This document shows positions 8,939 to 18,145 of a DNA stretch of 64,000 bases, in pieces. Positions within the stretch are counted from its first letter, which is position 1. The number at the start of each line of letters is the position of its first letter. The translations under genes and the position numbers were made by a program. Location of the stretch: positions 69,091-133,090 of IMG/VR virus record IMGVR_UViG_2974779332_000001, one strand, 5' to 3'. Below the pieces are notes generated by a model. It was not told where the DNA came from. It saw nothing but the letters and a program-made list of their open reading frames with translations, and searched no databases. The stretch comes from a virus (Duplodnaviria > Caudoviricetes).

Positions 8939-9327
8939 GTGCAGTCCTTATAGGAGTTCTTCTTCATTTTGTGGGTGACTATCTAATCCAGACGGATTGG
9001 ATGGCACAACTTAAGACAAAAAGGTGGGCACCTGCCATTGTCCATGGTGTCACATACGGTGTCCCCTTCATATTTGTCACAATGTCACCAATAGCATTGG
9101 CTGTCATCATTGTCACTCACATTGTCATTGACCATTACAGATTGGCCCGGCATGTAGTATGGGCCAAGAATCAGCTAGCTCCAAAGGAATGGCGGTATCC
9201 TTGGAGCGAAGGCAACCTAACAGGCTATAGAAATGATGCACCTGTATGGCTTACCACCTGGCTGATGATTATCGCTGACAATACAATTCACATTGCTATC
9301 AACACTTTAGCCATCCTCTTTCTCTGA
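8935..9327 (+). CDS. DUF3307-like membrane protein
   Basis: HFVGDYLIQ, H...IDH and DNTIH motifs between TM helices. Confidence 0.7.
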   Translation: MSAVLIGVLLHFVGDYLIQTDWMAQLKTKRWAPAIVHGVTYGVPFIFVTMSPIALAVIIVTHIVIDHYRLARHVVWAKNQLAPKEWRYPWSEGNLTGYRNDAPVWLTTWLMIIADNTIHIAINTLAILFL

Positions 9328-9364
9328 GGATGGCTTTTAGTGTTTTTGGTGATAAAATAAATGC

Positions 9365-11320
9365 ATGGCTAATTCAACACCTTTGCTCGGAGCCGGTAAT
9401 GTAACGACTGCCAGCAATTCAAATGCGACATCAATCACCGTTAACAAGCCAGCTAATCTGGCTGACGGTCATTATATGTTTGCGGCTATCCTTCAAAGGA
9501 ATGCGGCTGGTACGTGGACGGTTCCTTCTGGTTGGACTGCCGTAGGGGTAACACAGCAAGACTATGTAGACTGTAAGGTCTACTACAAATACGTACCAAG
9601 CGCGGCAGCGGAGAGCGCCACAAACTACACCTGGACGACCAATAAGACGGCCGAGAGAATTGTAGCAATAGTCTGGCTACAGACGAACACTGATGGCGTT
9701 TCTCCAATTGATGCGCTGGGCACTGGAGTAGCTACAGCACCCAACAGAACAAGCATGAACTTCACCTCTGTTACTGCTGTCAGCTCACATGCCACCTTGA
9801 TTGCTGTAGGATATAGCACAATTGCTGGAGGAGCATCAGCACCAATTGGTTCTACGCCAACTGGTATGACGGAGATTACTAACGTCAATATTGCTAATGC
9901 CACTCCTAATGCATTGGACTTGAAGGTATCTTATCAGATACTTTCTGTTGCTGGCGCAACAGGCACAAGGACTACCAACTTCTCACCGGCCGCTTCTGGT
10001 TCTGGTGGATTCACATTCACTATCAATCCTGTCGGTGACGCACCTCCAACGACTGTTGCCATGAGACAAGGACTTTGTGACAAGGACAAAATCCGTGTCC
10101 TCGCGAGGACAAGTTCCACGTCATCTGTCCGTCTTGCTGTGTCACTGTCCAGTGACATGTCATCTCCTGTGTACTCATCATCAGTGACACCAGACAGTGA
10201 CGGATATTCCAAGCTGACTGTCACTGGATTGTCCAGTGACACGAAGTATTGGTATTGTCTTGAGCTTAATGGTGTCCTCAACACGAGTGTCACTGGAGTT
10301 TCAAGAACCTTCCCAGTGAATGGTTCATTCAGCTTCCTTGCAGCCTCATGTTCATTCACAGCATCCAATCATGCAGTCTTTGATGGGATGAGAACCAGAA
10401 CTGGACCTGATAGCTTGCCAGCAAGATTCTTTGCTCATCTTGGTGATGTGCACTATGAGCATGCTAGCTACAGCTCCAATCCAATCGCTCCAAATGACCC
10501 TGTAGAGCACCGTACGAATTACGAGAATAGTCTGATGACCGCCAGACAGCAGGCGCTTTGGAGAGATATTCCTGTGAGCCATACGTACTCAGATAACGAC
10601 TTCTGCGGAAGCAATTCTGACTCAACGTATGCCGCTCGTCCTGCCATTATCAGTGTGCGTCATCAGATTATGATTGACCCGCCTCTGCCTGACTCTGGAG
10701 GAAATGGTCTTTGGAGAACGTGGGTAGTTGGCCGAGTACGTTTTATACAAACCGACAGCCGTACCTACATGTCTGCAAAGGGGTCTACAGACAACAGCTC
10801 TAAGACTATGCTTGGAGCGGAACAGAAAGCTTGGCTCAAGACACAACTTCTACAGCCAGAGCTTCTTAAGGTATGGTTCCATGACCAAGCATGGGGAGGA
10901 GTAGCAACAAACCCCGGCAACAATGATACTTGGCAAGCATTCAATACTGAAAGAGTAGAGATAGGAAACTTCATCTCTTCTAATCAAGTGAAGGTTGTGT
11001 ATATTCATGGAGACAGCCACAGGCTGTCTGCCGATGATGGAGTATTGAATACAAGAGGAGGCTTTCCAACTATCTCTTGTGCTCCTATGGACCAATCAGC
11101 ACAAGGAGGAGATTCAACAGGTGAAGCTAATTCAGCAGGAGTTTATCCAGCTTATGGTGTTACTCAGCAAGGAAATCATTATGGTTGGTTTGATGTAGAC
11201 GATGATGGTTACCAGCTCTCCTTGATATTCAAGGGATATGACTCAACAGGAACACAAAGGGTAACAATGACAGTTACAGTCAGTCCTACTGTAGCTACTG
11301 GTTGGGGTTATCCTCTCTGA
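9365..11320 (+). CDS. PhoD-family phosphatase fused to an N-terminal Ser/Thr-rich beta domain
   Basis: FN3/PAP-N-like region, then HLGDVHY, DNDF, DSRTY, MLGAEQKAWL, HGDSH. Confidence 0.8.
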   Translation: MANSTPLLGAGNVTTASNSNATSITVNKPANLADGHYMFAAILQRNAAGTWTVPSGWTAVGVTQQDYVDCKVYYKYVPSAAAESATNYTWTTNKTAERIVAIVWLQTNTDGVSPIDALGTGVATAPNRTSMNFTSVTAVSSHATLIAVGYSTIAGGASAPIGSTPTGMTEITNVNIANATPNALDLKVSYQILSVAGATGTRTTNFSPAASGSGGFTFTINPVGDAPPTTVAMRQGLCDKDKIRVLARTSSTSSVRLAVSLSSDMSSPVYSSSVTPDSDGYSKLTVTGLSSDTKYWYCLELNGVLNTSVTGVSRTFPVNGSFSFLAASCSFTASNHAVFDGMRTRTGPDSLPARFFAHLGDVHYEHASYSSNPIAPNDPVEHRTNYENSLMTARQQALWRDIPVSHTYSDNDFCGSNSDSTYAARPAIISVRHQIMIDPPLPDSGGNGLWRTWVVGRVRFIQTDSRTYMSAKGSTDNSSKTMLGAEQKAWLKTQLLQPELLKVWFHDQAWGGVATNPGNNDTWQAFNTERVEIGNFISSNQVKVVYIHGDSHRLSADDGVLNTRGGFPTISCAPMDQSAQGGDSTGEANSAGVYPAYGVTQQGNHYGWFDVDDDGYQLSLIFKGYDSTGTQRVTMTVTVSPTVATGWGYPL

Positions 11321-11427
11321 GTTGACAGCCTCCTTGAGACCATGCTAGTGTGTAGTTACACTAGAAAATATAAAGAAAAAGATAGTTAAAAGAATCCAGA
11401 AACGGATTAGAATAGGATAGTAATTAA

Positions 11428-11715
11428 ATGAGACTCTTTGAACTTCATAGAGACGTTGATTCATCTGGCGTCTCTGGAACAGGAGTCGTTGCGCAGGGTG
11501 TCGAGTTTGACAACCGGCAGTGTTGTATGACATGGTTGACCGAATGGAACTCAGTGGCTGTCTATCCTGACATCACTACCCTTGAAGCCATCCATGGACA
11601 CAACGGCAACACTCGTGTAGTATGGGTTGAAGGCCCGGCAACCGAAAGATATGTCGAAGTAGCTGGTAAGAAGGTTCCTGTCCACACAGTTGACAGGTTC
11701 TCCGAGAACCGCTAG
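11428..11715 (+). CDS. Hypothetical phage protein
   Basis: RDVDSSGVSGTGVVAQGVEF...HGHNGNT motif. Confidence 0.65.
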   Translation: MRLFELHRDVDSSGVSGTGVVAQGVEFDNRQCCMTWLTEWNSVAVYPDITTLEAIHGHNGNTRVVWVEGPATERYVEVAGKKVPVHTVDRFSENR

Positions 11716-11796
11716 AGTAGAACGTAGAGCAGGTCGGCAAGCAGGTAAGTGAGGAACACAGGAGCTTGAACCACAACCCCTCCGCCTAGCTCTCTT

Positions 11797-11872
11797 GCGT
11801 CTGTAGTATAGTCTGGTCTAATGCACCTGATTGTCAATCAGGAAATCGCGGGTTCGAATCCCGTCAGGCGCG
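11797..11872 (+). tRNA. tRNA-Asp(GTC)
   Basis: GCGTCTG/CAGGCGC; loop TTGTCAA. Confidence 0.9.
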
Positions 11873-11877
11873 CACAT

Positions 11878-11950
11878 CCCGGCGTGGTGAACTGGTTTAT
11901 CACACTTGTCTGTCGAACAAGAGTAGAGGGTTCAATTCCCTTCGTCGGGG
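11878..11950 (+). tRNA. tRNA-Asp(GTC), second copy
   Basis: CCCGGCG/CGTCGGG; loop CTGTCGA. Confidence 0.85.
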
Positions 11951-11953
11951 CTT

Positions 11954-12065
11954 TGTGGGTCGAAAGAGTAATCGGTTATCTTCCCTTTGAAATGAGAAAA
12001 TGGTAGGTTCGAATCCTACGTAGGCCAAGGAGCGGCCAACTCCGATTCTCACCAATATATCCACA
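11954..12065 (+). ncRNA. Y-RNA-like RNA, copy 3 (T arm followed by D-like arm)
   Basis: TGTGGGTCGA/TATATCCACA; GAGTAATCGG/CCGATTCTC; GGTTATC; GTAGGTTCGAATCCTAC followed by TAGGCCAAGGAGCGGCC; about 770 nt upstream of Ro60. Confidence 0.75.
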
Positions 12066-12070
12066 CCAGT

Positions 12071-12394
12071 ATGAACACTGATGAGAAGATTGCACGAATT
12101 AAGGAACTCTGGAAAGAGTACACTTATCCTGATGACACAATCCACACACTACAAGACGAGACTCCCGAAGGGGAGTTCAAGCCTGTCTGGGTGGAAACCG
12201 TCGAGGAAGGTGAGTCTCGCTGGATGATTCATACCCTTGAGGTATTTGAAATCGAAGAAGGTGTATACGTAGGTGTACGCTGGGAGCGAGGCAAGACAGA
12301 GATGCAAGAGAATCTATTCGAAGATAACAACGTCTATCGCGTAGACAAGGAGATTGTTCAGCGCGTAGACTGGAGCGCAAAGGAAGCTCTGTGA
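12071..12394 (+). CDS. Hypothetical acidic protein
   Basis: 107-aa ORF overlapping the next start (GTGA). Confidence 0.6.
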   Translation: MNTDEKIARIKELWKEYTYPDDTIHTLQDETPEGEFKPVWVETVEEGESRWMIHTLEVFEIEEGVYVGVRWERGKTEMQENLFEDNNVYRVDKEIVQRVDWSAKEAL

Positions 12395-12804
12395 AGAATT
12401 GGCTCGGGCACGATATTGTTGTTGGAGCAATTGTTTTTCGTGGTGGACGACAGGGCGACAGTTCATCCTTCCGGGTAGGCATTGTGGATGATTTTGATAC
12501 GTCCAAGGCACGCCCGGCAAGGGTTGACTGGAGGTTCGATGCAGGAACCAGACGAATTTGGTTTGGTGAGACTGCATGGGAGAGGCATCCAGATGACTAT
12601 TCAGTTATGGGTCCTCACAAGTCAAGTACACAACGAACACGATACGAAATTAACGATTTGGTACGGCTGGATAATGACCAGCTTGAATACCTAGAACAGC
12701 GTGATAAGCTGTGTACACTTGCCCAACACTACAAGATTCGCAAGGAAGACTTCACTGCATTCGAGCAGGACTTTCTTGCAGGAAATGTCCCTGACATCAA
12801 TTAA
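12391..12804 (+). CDS. Hypothetical protein
   Basis: Coupled ORF; NWLGHDIVVGAIV phage-like N-terminus. Confidence 0.6.
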   Translation: MKNWLGHDIVVGAIVFRGGRQGDSSSFRVGIVDDFDTSKARPARVDWRFDAGTRRIWFGETAWERHPDDYSVMGPHKSSTQRTRYEINDLVRLDNDQLEYLEQRDKLCTLAQHYKIRKEDFTAFEQDFLAGNVPDIN

Positions 12805-12833
12805 TATGCCCAAAAGGGCCGGAAGGAAAAGTA

Positions 12834-14480
12834 ATGTCAAACGCACTTAACAACGCTGCCAAGAGTCTGAACAAGACTCCTCAGTCTCAGAAGGCTAAGG
12901 CAAGTCAGGTCAAGAACAACGCTGGTGGATTCGTCTTCCAGGTTTCTGACCAGGCTCGTCTAGAGCGATTCTTGATTCTGGGTGTCGATGGCGGTACGTA
13001 TTACGTCAGTGAGGTCAATCATGCTATGAGCAATGTTGGCTTCCTCAACGAGATGATTGAGCGAGACGAAGCCTCTGTTCTGCGCACCATTGTAGACGTG
13101 TCTACAAGTGGTCGTGCGTACAAGCAGTCTCCTGCCCTGTATGCTCTAGCCTCTGTTATTGCCAACGGCAAGGACAAGCAGGCAGTTAAGGCAGTATTCA
13201 ATCGTGTCGTTCGTACAGGTACCCACTTGTACGAGGTCATGAACTACCTCACCTCTCTCAAGATTGGTTGGGGTCGTTCAAAGCGAGAGATTGTTGCTTC
13301 TTGGTTCGACAAGGATGCTGACAAGCTGGCTTACCAGGCGGTCAAGTACCGTTCTCGTAAGTTTGGAGAGCAGACCTGGACGCTCCGAGACGTAATGCGT
13401 CTTTCACACCCACGAGATGTGAACACATCTGTTGTGGACTTTGTTCTTGGCAAGTCTCATGATTCTATCGATGACCTTCGGGTTATCGAGGGATTCAAGA
13501 AGATGCAGAGGGCTCAGTCTGTTGACGATGTTCACGCTGTTCTTCGTGAGTACGAGATGCTTTCATGGGAGACAATCCCAACTCAGTTCCTCAAGGATGT
13601 GAGTGTATGGAAGCGAATCTTTGCTAACGGACAACTTCGTGGCCAGGCTCTGGTTCGAAACATCACTCGCCTAGCGCGAATTGGTGCTTTCCAGGACATG
13701 CGCTTTGCTGCTGCTTATGCAGGACAGCTAACGAATCAGGAAATGATTGTACAGACTCGTCTGCACCCAATTAACTTCCTGAACGCTACTGTCGTGTATA
13801 ACGAAGGCCAGATGAAGACCGTAAAGGACCGATATGGCTGGGACCGCGAGCAGCGAGTAAAGGACTGGACAACTGAGAGTGTTATCGTGGATGCCCTCAA
13901 CGAGGGATTCCACAAGGCATTCAAGGCTGTTGAGCCTGCTGGAAAGCGAACGATGCTAGCCATCGACGTTTCAGGTTCTATGAGTGCAAAGGCTAACGGT
14001 CTCGACCTTAGCTGTGCTCAGGTTTCTGGCGCAATGGCAATGACCATCGCTCGTACCGAGCCTGCTCACATCATCCGTGGATTCACGTGTGATGGTTACA
14101 GCTACAGGAACAGTGGTCTTACCAACCTAGGCATTTCTGCAAACACCGACCTTGCTACGGTAATGCGTAAGGTGCAGCGAAGTAACTTTGGTGGCACAGA
14201 CTGTGCGCTTCCTATGGTTTGGGCCAAGGACAACAAGGTTGAGGTTGACACCTTTGTGGTTATCACTGATAACGAGACATGGGCTGGCAACATTCATCCT
14301 TTCCAGGCCCTCAAGGACTACAGGAAGGCTACGGGCATTGACGCTCGTTTGGCTGTTCTTGGTGTTGCGGCAACGCCGTTTACCATTGCAGACCCAAGCG
14401 ACTCAGGCATGATGGATTTCGTTGGCTTTGATAGCAACGCACCTCGTGCGCTCGCAGATTTCTCTGCTGGTCGTATCTGA
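12834..14480 (+). CDS. rsr: Ro60/TROVE-domain RNA-binding protein (Rsr ortholog)
   Basis: NNAGGFVF, LERFLILG..GGTYY, LAYQAVKYR, LRDVMRLSHP, ALVRNI, RLHP; C-terminal vWA DVSGSM, GGTDCALP, TDNETW, GFDS. Confidence 0.95.
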   Translation: MSNALNNAAKSLNKTPQSQKAKASQVKNNAGGFVFQVSDQARLERFLILGVDGGTYYVSEVNHAMSNVGFLNEMIERDEASVLRTIVDVSTSGRAYKQSPALYALASVIANGKDKQAVKAVFNRVVRTGTHLYEVMNYLTSLKIGWGRSKREIVASWFDKDADKLAYQAVKYRSRKFGEQTWTLRDVMRLSHPRDVNTSVVDFVLGKSHDSIDDLRVIEGFKKMQRAQSVDDVHAVLREYEMLSWETIPTQFLKDVSVWKRIFANGQLRGQALVRNITRLARIGAFQDMRFAAAYAGQLTNQEMIVQTRLHPINFLNATVVYNEGQMKTVKDRYGWDREQRVKDWTTESVIVDALNEGFHKAFKAVEPAGKRTMLAIDVSGSMSAKANGLDLSCAQVSGAMAMTIARTEPAHIIRGFTCDGYSYRNSGLTNLGISANTDLATVMRKVQRSNFGGTDCALPMVWAKDNKVEVDTFVVITDNETWAGNIHPFQALKDYRKATGIDARLAVLGVAATPFTIADPSDSGMMDFVGFDSNAPRALADFSAGRI

Positions 14481-14484
14481 GATT

Positions 14485-14508
14485 GCCCCTCTTCGGAGGG
14501 GCTTTCTT
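14485..14508 (+). terminator. Intrinsic terminator after Ro60
   Basis: GCCCCTC-TTCG-GAGGGGC followed by TTTCTT. Confidence 0.8.
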
Positions 14509-14927
14509 GGTTCTTGACACAGCTCTGTTGATGCTGTAGCTTAGACACATGAAGGACGACGAGCCTGGCGTTTCAATCCTAAGTCTGTTGAGAATGCTAA
14601 GGCGAAGAAAGATTCGGCCGGTAGTTCAAATGTCTACCTGTGGCCACTGTAAAACCAAGTACGATGTTCATAAGGGCCACATGTGTCCTTATGTAAAGGA
14701 ACTCTATTCAAAGGTGGAGAAGTCATGAGTTACAGGGCAGAGACCTTCACTCGTACTGGCAACGGTAAGATGGCCAACAGCATCAAGGCTTTGGCTACGA
14801 GTTGCCACTTGAAGGTAAACAGTTTCAGTGCCCCTGGTTGGGTACTCAAGACCATTACCATTACGGTATACGGTCACGTAGATGACATTGCTCGCTTCGA
14901 GAGCCAGCTTCCGGAAGGTGTCCAGTC

Positions 14928-15320
14928 TTGAGCAACAGCTTTTATCATGCTCAAAGCTCTGCACGGAAGTGGGGAGGTGAGCCAGAGGATTACATTGCCA
15001 TTCACGAATGGATTGATGCATCCAAGGCTCACTTCGGAGACGCCCGGCACAGAGCATTGCGTCATCACACAGAAGGATGTTGGGAGGCTGAGAGAGTCTT
15101 TGGCCTCACCATCACAGTAAAGAAGAAAAATGGCATGGGCGAACTACGTGTCCCTGTTCGTGAAATTGCTGAGCAGCATGTCTTTGAGGACTTGGGGTAC
15201 ATTCCCTCTCTTGCCGACTGGCTTGAGAACATGACTCTTAAGACATGGATGGGCGGCAAGGTAAAGAAGTTCATGGGACGTGAAGACGTTCTCAACACTG
15301 TTAAGAAAGAGGCAAAGTGA
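14928..15320 (+). CDS. DUF6915-like His-rich protein
   Basis: HAQSSARKWGG, IHEWIDASK, HRALRHH, IAEQHVFED. Confidence 0.7.
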   Translation: MSNSFYHAQSSARKWGGEPEDYIAIHEWIDASKAHFGDARHRALRHHTEGCWEAERVFGLTITVKKKNGMGELRVPVREIAEQHVFEDLGYIPSLADWLENMTLKTWMGGKVKKFMGREDVLNTVKKEAK

Positions 15321-15847
15321 CTAACGAAGTATTCGGTCGTCCAATCAAGGGTGACATCAATCACTACACTGGTGCGCTTCCTGAGCAAGAGAATCCAGAG
15401 AAGTTCATCGAAGCTCTTGATAAGCTGCTTGACCATCCGATGGTCTCTAAGGTACGCTGGACGCAGTACACACCGTACTTCAACGACGGTGAGGCTTGTG
15501 AGTTCAGCTCACATGGTGCCGAGGTCTCTCTAGTTGGTCTTGAGGCTGGCGAAGAGGGCCTTGAAACTGATGAGGGCAAGTGGTACGATGAGGGCGACGA
15601 AGTGTTCCTCGGTGAATATGACATGTACACCTACAAGTATGGTGACGATGGTCGTATTGACTATGACGCCGGTAGGCAGTATGTTGTAGGTGGCGTTGAT
15701 ACTACCGACGTTGCCACAGCACTTGCTGAATTCGAGGGTGCACTTAACGCACATCACTACGTATGGCTCAACGAGACCTTTGGAGACCCGGCAGAAGTGA
15801 CGGCAACCAAGGACGGTTTCGAGGTAGAGCATTACGAGCACGACTAA
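15317..15847 (+). CDS. Hypothetical acidic protein
   Basis: WTQYTPYFNDGEACEF motif; coupled to the previous gene. Confidence 0.65.
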   Translation: MTNEVFGRPIKGDINHYTGALPEQENPEKFIEALDKLLDHPMVSKVRWTQYTPYFNDGEACEFSSHGAEVSLVGLEAGEEGLETDEGKWYDEGDEVFLGEYDMYTYKYGDDGRIDYDAGRQYVVGGVDTTDVATALAEFEGALNAHHYVWLNETFGDPAEVTATKDGFEVEHYEHD

Positions 15848-16097
15848 GGAGATAAATGTCTTTGGACCACATTGATGCAGAGCGTGTTCTTGACCTAATT
15901 TCCGGCACTATAGATGGTGGCTGGAATGATGGAATAGAGGCGTTTGTTGGTGCGTCAAATGACGGAGAGACCTTGACTGTCGAAGTTGAAGACGACGACG
16001 GTAATACAAAGAAGTTCTTTCTGTCAATAGAACAAGCCTAGGCCAAAGCCTTCATAATTACTAGTCCTATATAATGATTATGAAGGCGAGGTGAAAC

Positions 16098-16376
16098 ATG
16101 GCTTACTACCAGATTTCTCAGTTCTACTACAATTCAGAGACCAACAACATCATTGTTCAGTTTGCTCTAGTTGGGGAGCCACCAGAGTATGATACACTAG
16201 CTGGTGACCTTCCATACGATGTGTATGAGGCAGAAATCTTCCTTGATGCTGGTCAGAATAAGGTAGGACAGTACATTCCAGGCTCCTCAGATGGTACGAT
16301 TGAACCACAGACCCTAGGTCGCGACATTGGTCAGTCTCCACAGGAGATTCCTGACGTTCCACTACCACCAGCTTGA
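16098..16376 (+). CDS. Hypothetical protein behind a CTTCATAA-type promoter
   Basis: GAGG RBS; many A-ending codons. Confidence 0.6.
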   Translation: MAYYQISQFYYNSETNNIIVQFALVGEPPEYDTLAGDLPYDVYEAEIFLDAGQNKVGQYIPGSSDGTIEPQTLGRDIGQSPQEIPDVPLPPA

Positions 16377-16440
16377 CAGGCTCAAGCTAGTCGGCTAGAC
16401 TAGTAACACAACGCAGGACGGAGCGTTCAAACCGTCATAT

Positions 16441-16511
16441 GCCGCTATTGTCTAAGGGTAGGATACAAGATTCTCAATCTTGTGGTCGGAGTTCAACTCT
16501 CCGTAGCGGTG
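16441..16511 (+). tRNA. tRNA-Glu(CTC)
   Basis: GCCGCTA/TAGCGGT; loop TTCTCAA. Confidence 0.88.
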
Positions 16512-16762
16512 CGCAACTTCCTTACCAAAGTCAAGATGACAACCGAGGAGGTAGTAATGGAAAACTGCACATACTGTGGCAAGCAACTGGTTGACAGCGA
16601 TGCTGGAGACTGGTACGGTGATAGTGAGTGCACTGGAGAGCTTCGTTACGACGAAGACCCCTTCGCTGCTGAGATATACGATGACCACACATTCGTTTGG
16701 ATGTGCGATGGTCAGAGGTACGAAAGCAGCATGGACATCTGATGTCCGCCCGTCAGGGCAAT

Positions 16763-16837
16763 GCCCCGTTGGTCTAGTGGTTTAGGATACCGGACTTTCA
16801 ATCCGTGTGAACGTCGGTTCGAATCCGACACGGGGTA
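16763..16837 (+). tRNA. tRNA-Glu(TTC)
   Basis: GCCCCGT/ACGGGGT; loop CTTTCAA. Confidence 0.9.
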
Positions 16838-17094
16838 CTCCAAAAAAAACAAACCGAAAGGTACAAAAAATGTCTTGTCGTATCGCTGTCGTTCTCAAGG
16901 GTCAGCCGCAGGGTGTTCCGATTACCGGCCTTCGAGACCGTGAGCAGTACCGTGAGGCTTTCACCAAGGCAATTCAGGAGAAGGCTTCAACCATCACCAT
17001 CGTTGACCATGAGGGCGACCTTTACATCTTCGTGGTTGACCAGATTCAGGCGTTTGCTGTAGAATCTGAGTAAGAGCAAGGCCGGAAGGCCGAT

Positions 17095-17165
17095 GCCCGC
17101 TTAGCTCAATGGGAGAGCGACGGTTTTACACACCGTATACGGGGGTTCGATTCCCTCAGTGGGTA
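17095..17165 (+). tRNA. tRNA-Val(TAC)
   Basis: GCCCGCT/AGTGGGT; loop TTTACAC. Confidence 0.9.
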
Positions 17166-17252
17166 CGAGTCCCCGTCAGAGGCTAGAGGATGACGACCTA
17201 CATTCTGACAGCGATTGGGCACACCATAGTTAGGATAGCCACGAATCGCATT

Positions 17253-17329
17253 GGGTTTGATTGGTATAAGGTTAGTGAAAGCCGACAATGGACCGCTGAC
17301 TGTAGAGGGTTCGAATCCCTCCAAATCCA
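17253..17329 (+). ncRNA. tRNA-like RNA resembling an isolated tmRNA tRNA-like domain
   Basis: Acceptor GGGTTTG/CAAATCC+A with G3-U70; unstemmed D loop; GGTTAGTG/CGCTGACT helix; canonical T arm. Confidence 0.5.
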
Positions 17330-17508
17330 CGTGGAAGGTGTTGAGGTGAGAGAAAAGTTGGTCACTCAGTATCTCTGCTCATTGTGTAAGGTCTAACCAA
17401 CCATCACACCAGGCACGAATCTGGCCCTTCCGTAGACTTGATGATAAAGACCCCTAAGCTGATATTCCATATCAGCCGGACACTTGGCGGTGACGCCCTT
17501 CATCATAT

Positions 17509-17583
17509 GCTCCCATAGACCAATTGGCAGGAGTCGCACGGCTTAGACCCGTGAATGTGTCGGTTCGAATCCGACTGGGAGTA
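17509..17583 (+). tRNA. tRNA-Leu(TAG), short variable region
   Basis: GCTCCCA/TGGGAGT; loop CTTAGAC. Confidence 0.85.
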
Positions 17584-17598
17584 CGTAAGAAATATAAT

Positions 17599-17672
17599 GC
17601 GCCGGTAGCCCAATGGCAGGAGGCACCAGTCTTAGGAACTGGACAGTGTGAGTTCGAGTCTCACTCGGCGTA
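17599..17672 (+). tRNA. tRNA-Leu(TAG), second copy, short variable region
   Basis: GCGCCGG/TCGGCGT; loop CTTAGGA. Confidence 0.85.
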
Positions 17673-17725
17673 CGTTGGCTTTGTTCGCGACATAGCCAAA
17701 TGCATATAGGGTCGCTCCCTATATG

Positions 17726-17851
17726 AGGAACATAGTTTAAATGGGAGAACGGCGAAATGCGCTGTCGAACCAGAGGTGCTGCTGAGCTAAAGGCGGGTCC
17801 TCCTAGTAGATAACAGAGTAGTCAGTGTCGGTTCGAATCCGACTGTTCCGC
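17726..17851 (+). ncRNA. tRNA-like RNA with about 70 nt in place of the anticodon arm
   Basis: GGAACA/TGTTCC acceptor; D arm TAGTTTAAATGGGAGAAC; T arm GTCGGTTCGAATCCGAC. Confidence 0.55.
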
Positions 17852-17994
17852 TAGCCTGCGGTAGATACGGGAATGTAAGACGGCAAGGGAGTGTACAATC
17901 CTAAACCGCATTGTCTCAACGGCCTTGCAAGGGGTATCTAGCTACAAGGTGAGAGCGTCTTGGTTGTTCCGGCTCATAACAGGAACCTCCCCAA

Positions 17995-18065
17995 TCCGTA
18001 GTGGTGTAGTGGTAACATACTTCCTTGCCAAGGAAGCGTTGCGAGTTCGATTCTCGTCTACGGGA
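17995..18065 (+). tRNA. tRNA-Gly(GCC)
   Basis: TCCGTAG/CTACGGG; loop TTGCCAA. Confidence 0.88.
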
Positions 18066-18070
18066 CTCTT

Positions 18071-18145
18071 GCCCTAGTATTGGCCCGGCCTTCTAAGCCA
18101 GAGGCGCATAACGGAAAGATGCAGGTTCGAATCCTGTCTAGGGTA
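18071..18145 (+). tRNA. D-armless tRNA-Arg(TCT)-like gene
   Basis: GCCCTAG/CTAGGGT; loop CTTCTAA in GGC/GCC; no D stem; 21-nt variable region; canonical T arm. Confidence 0.55.
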
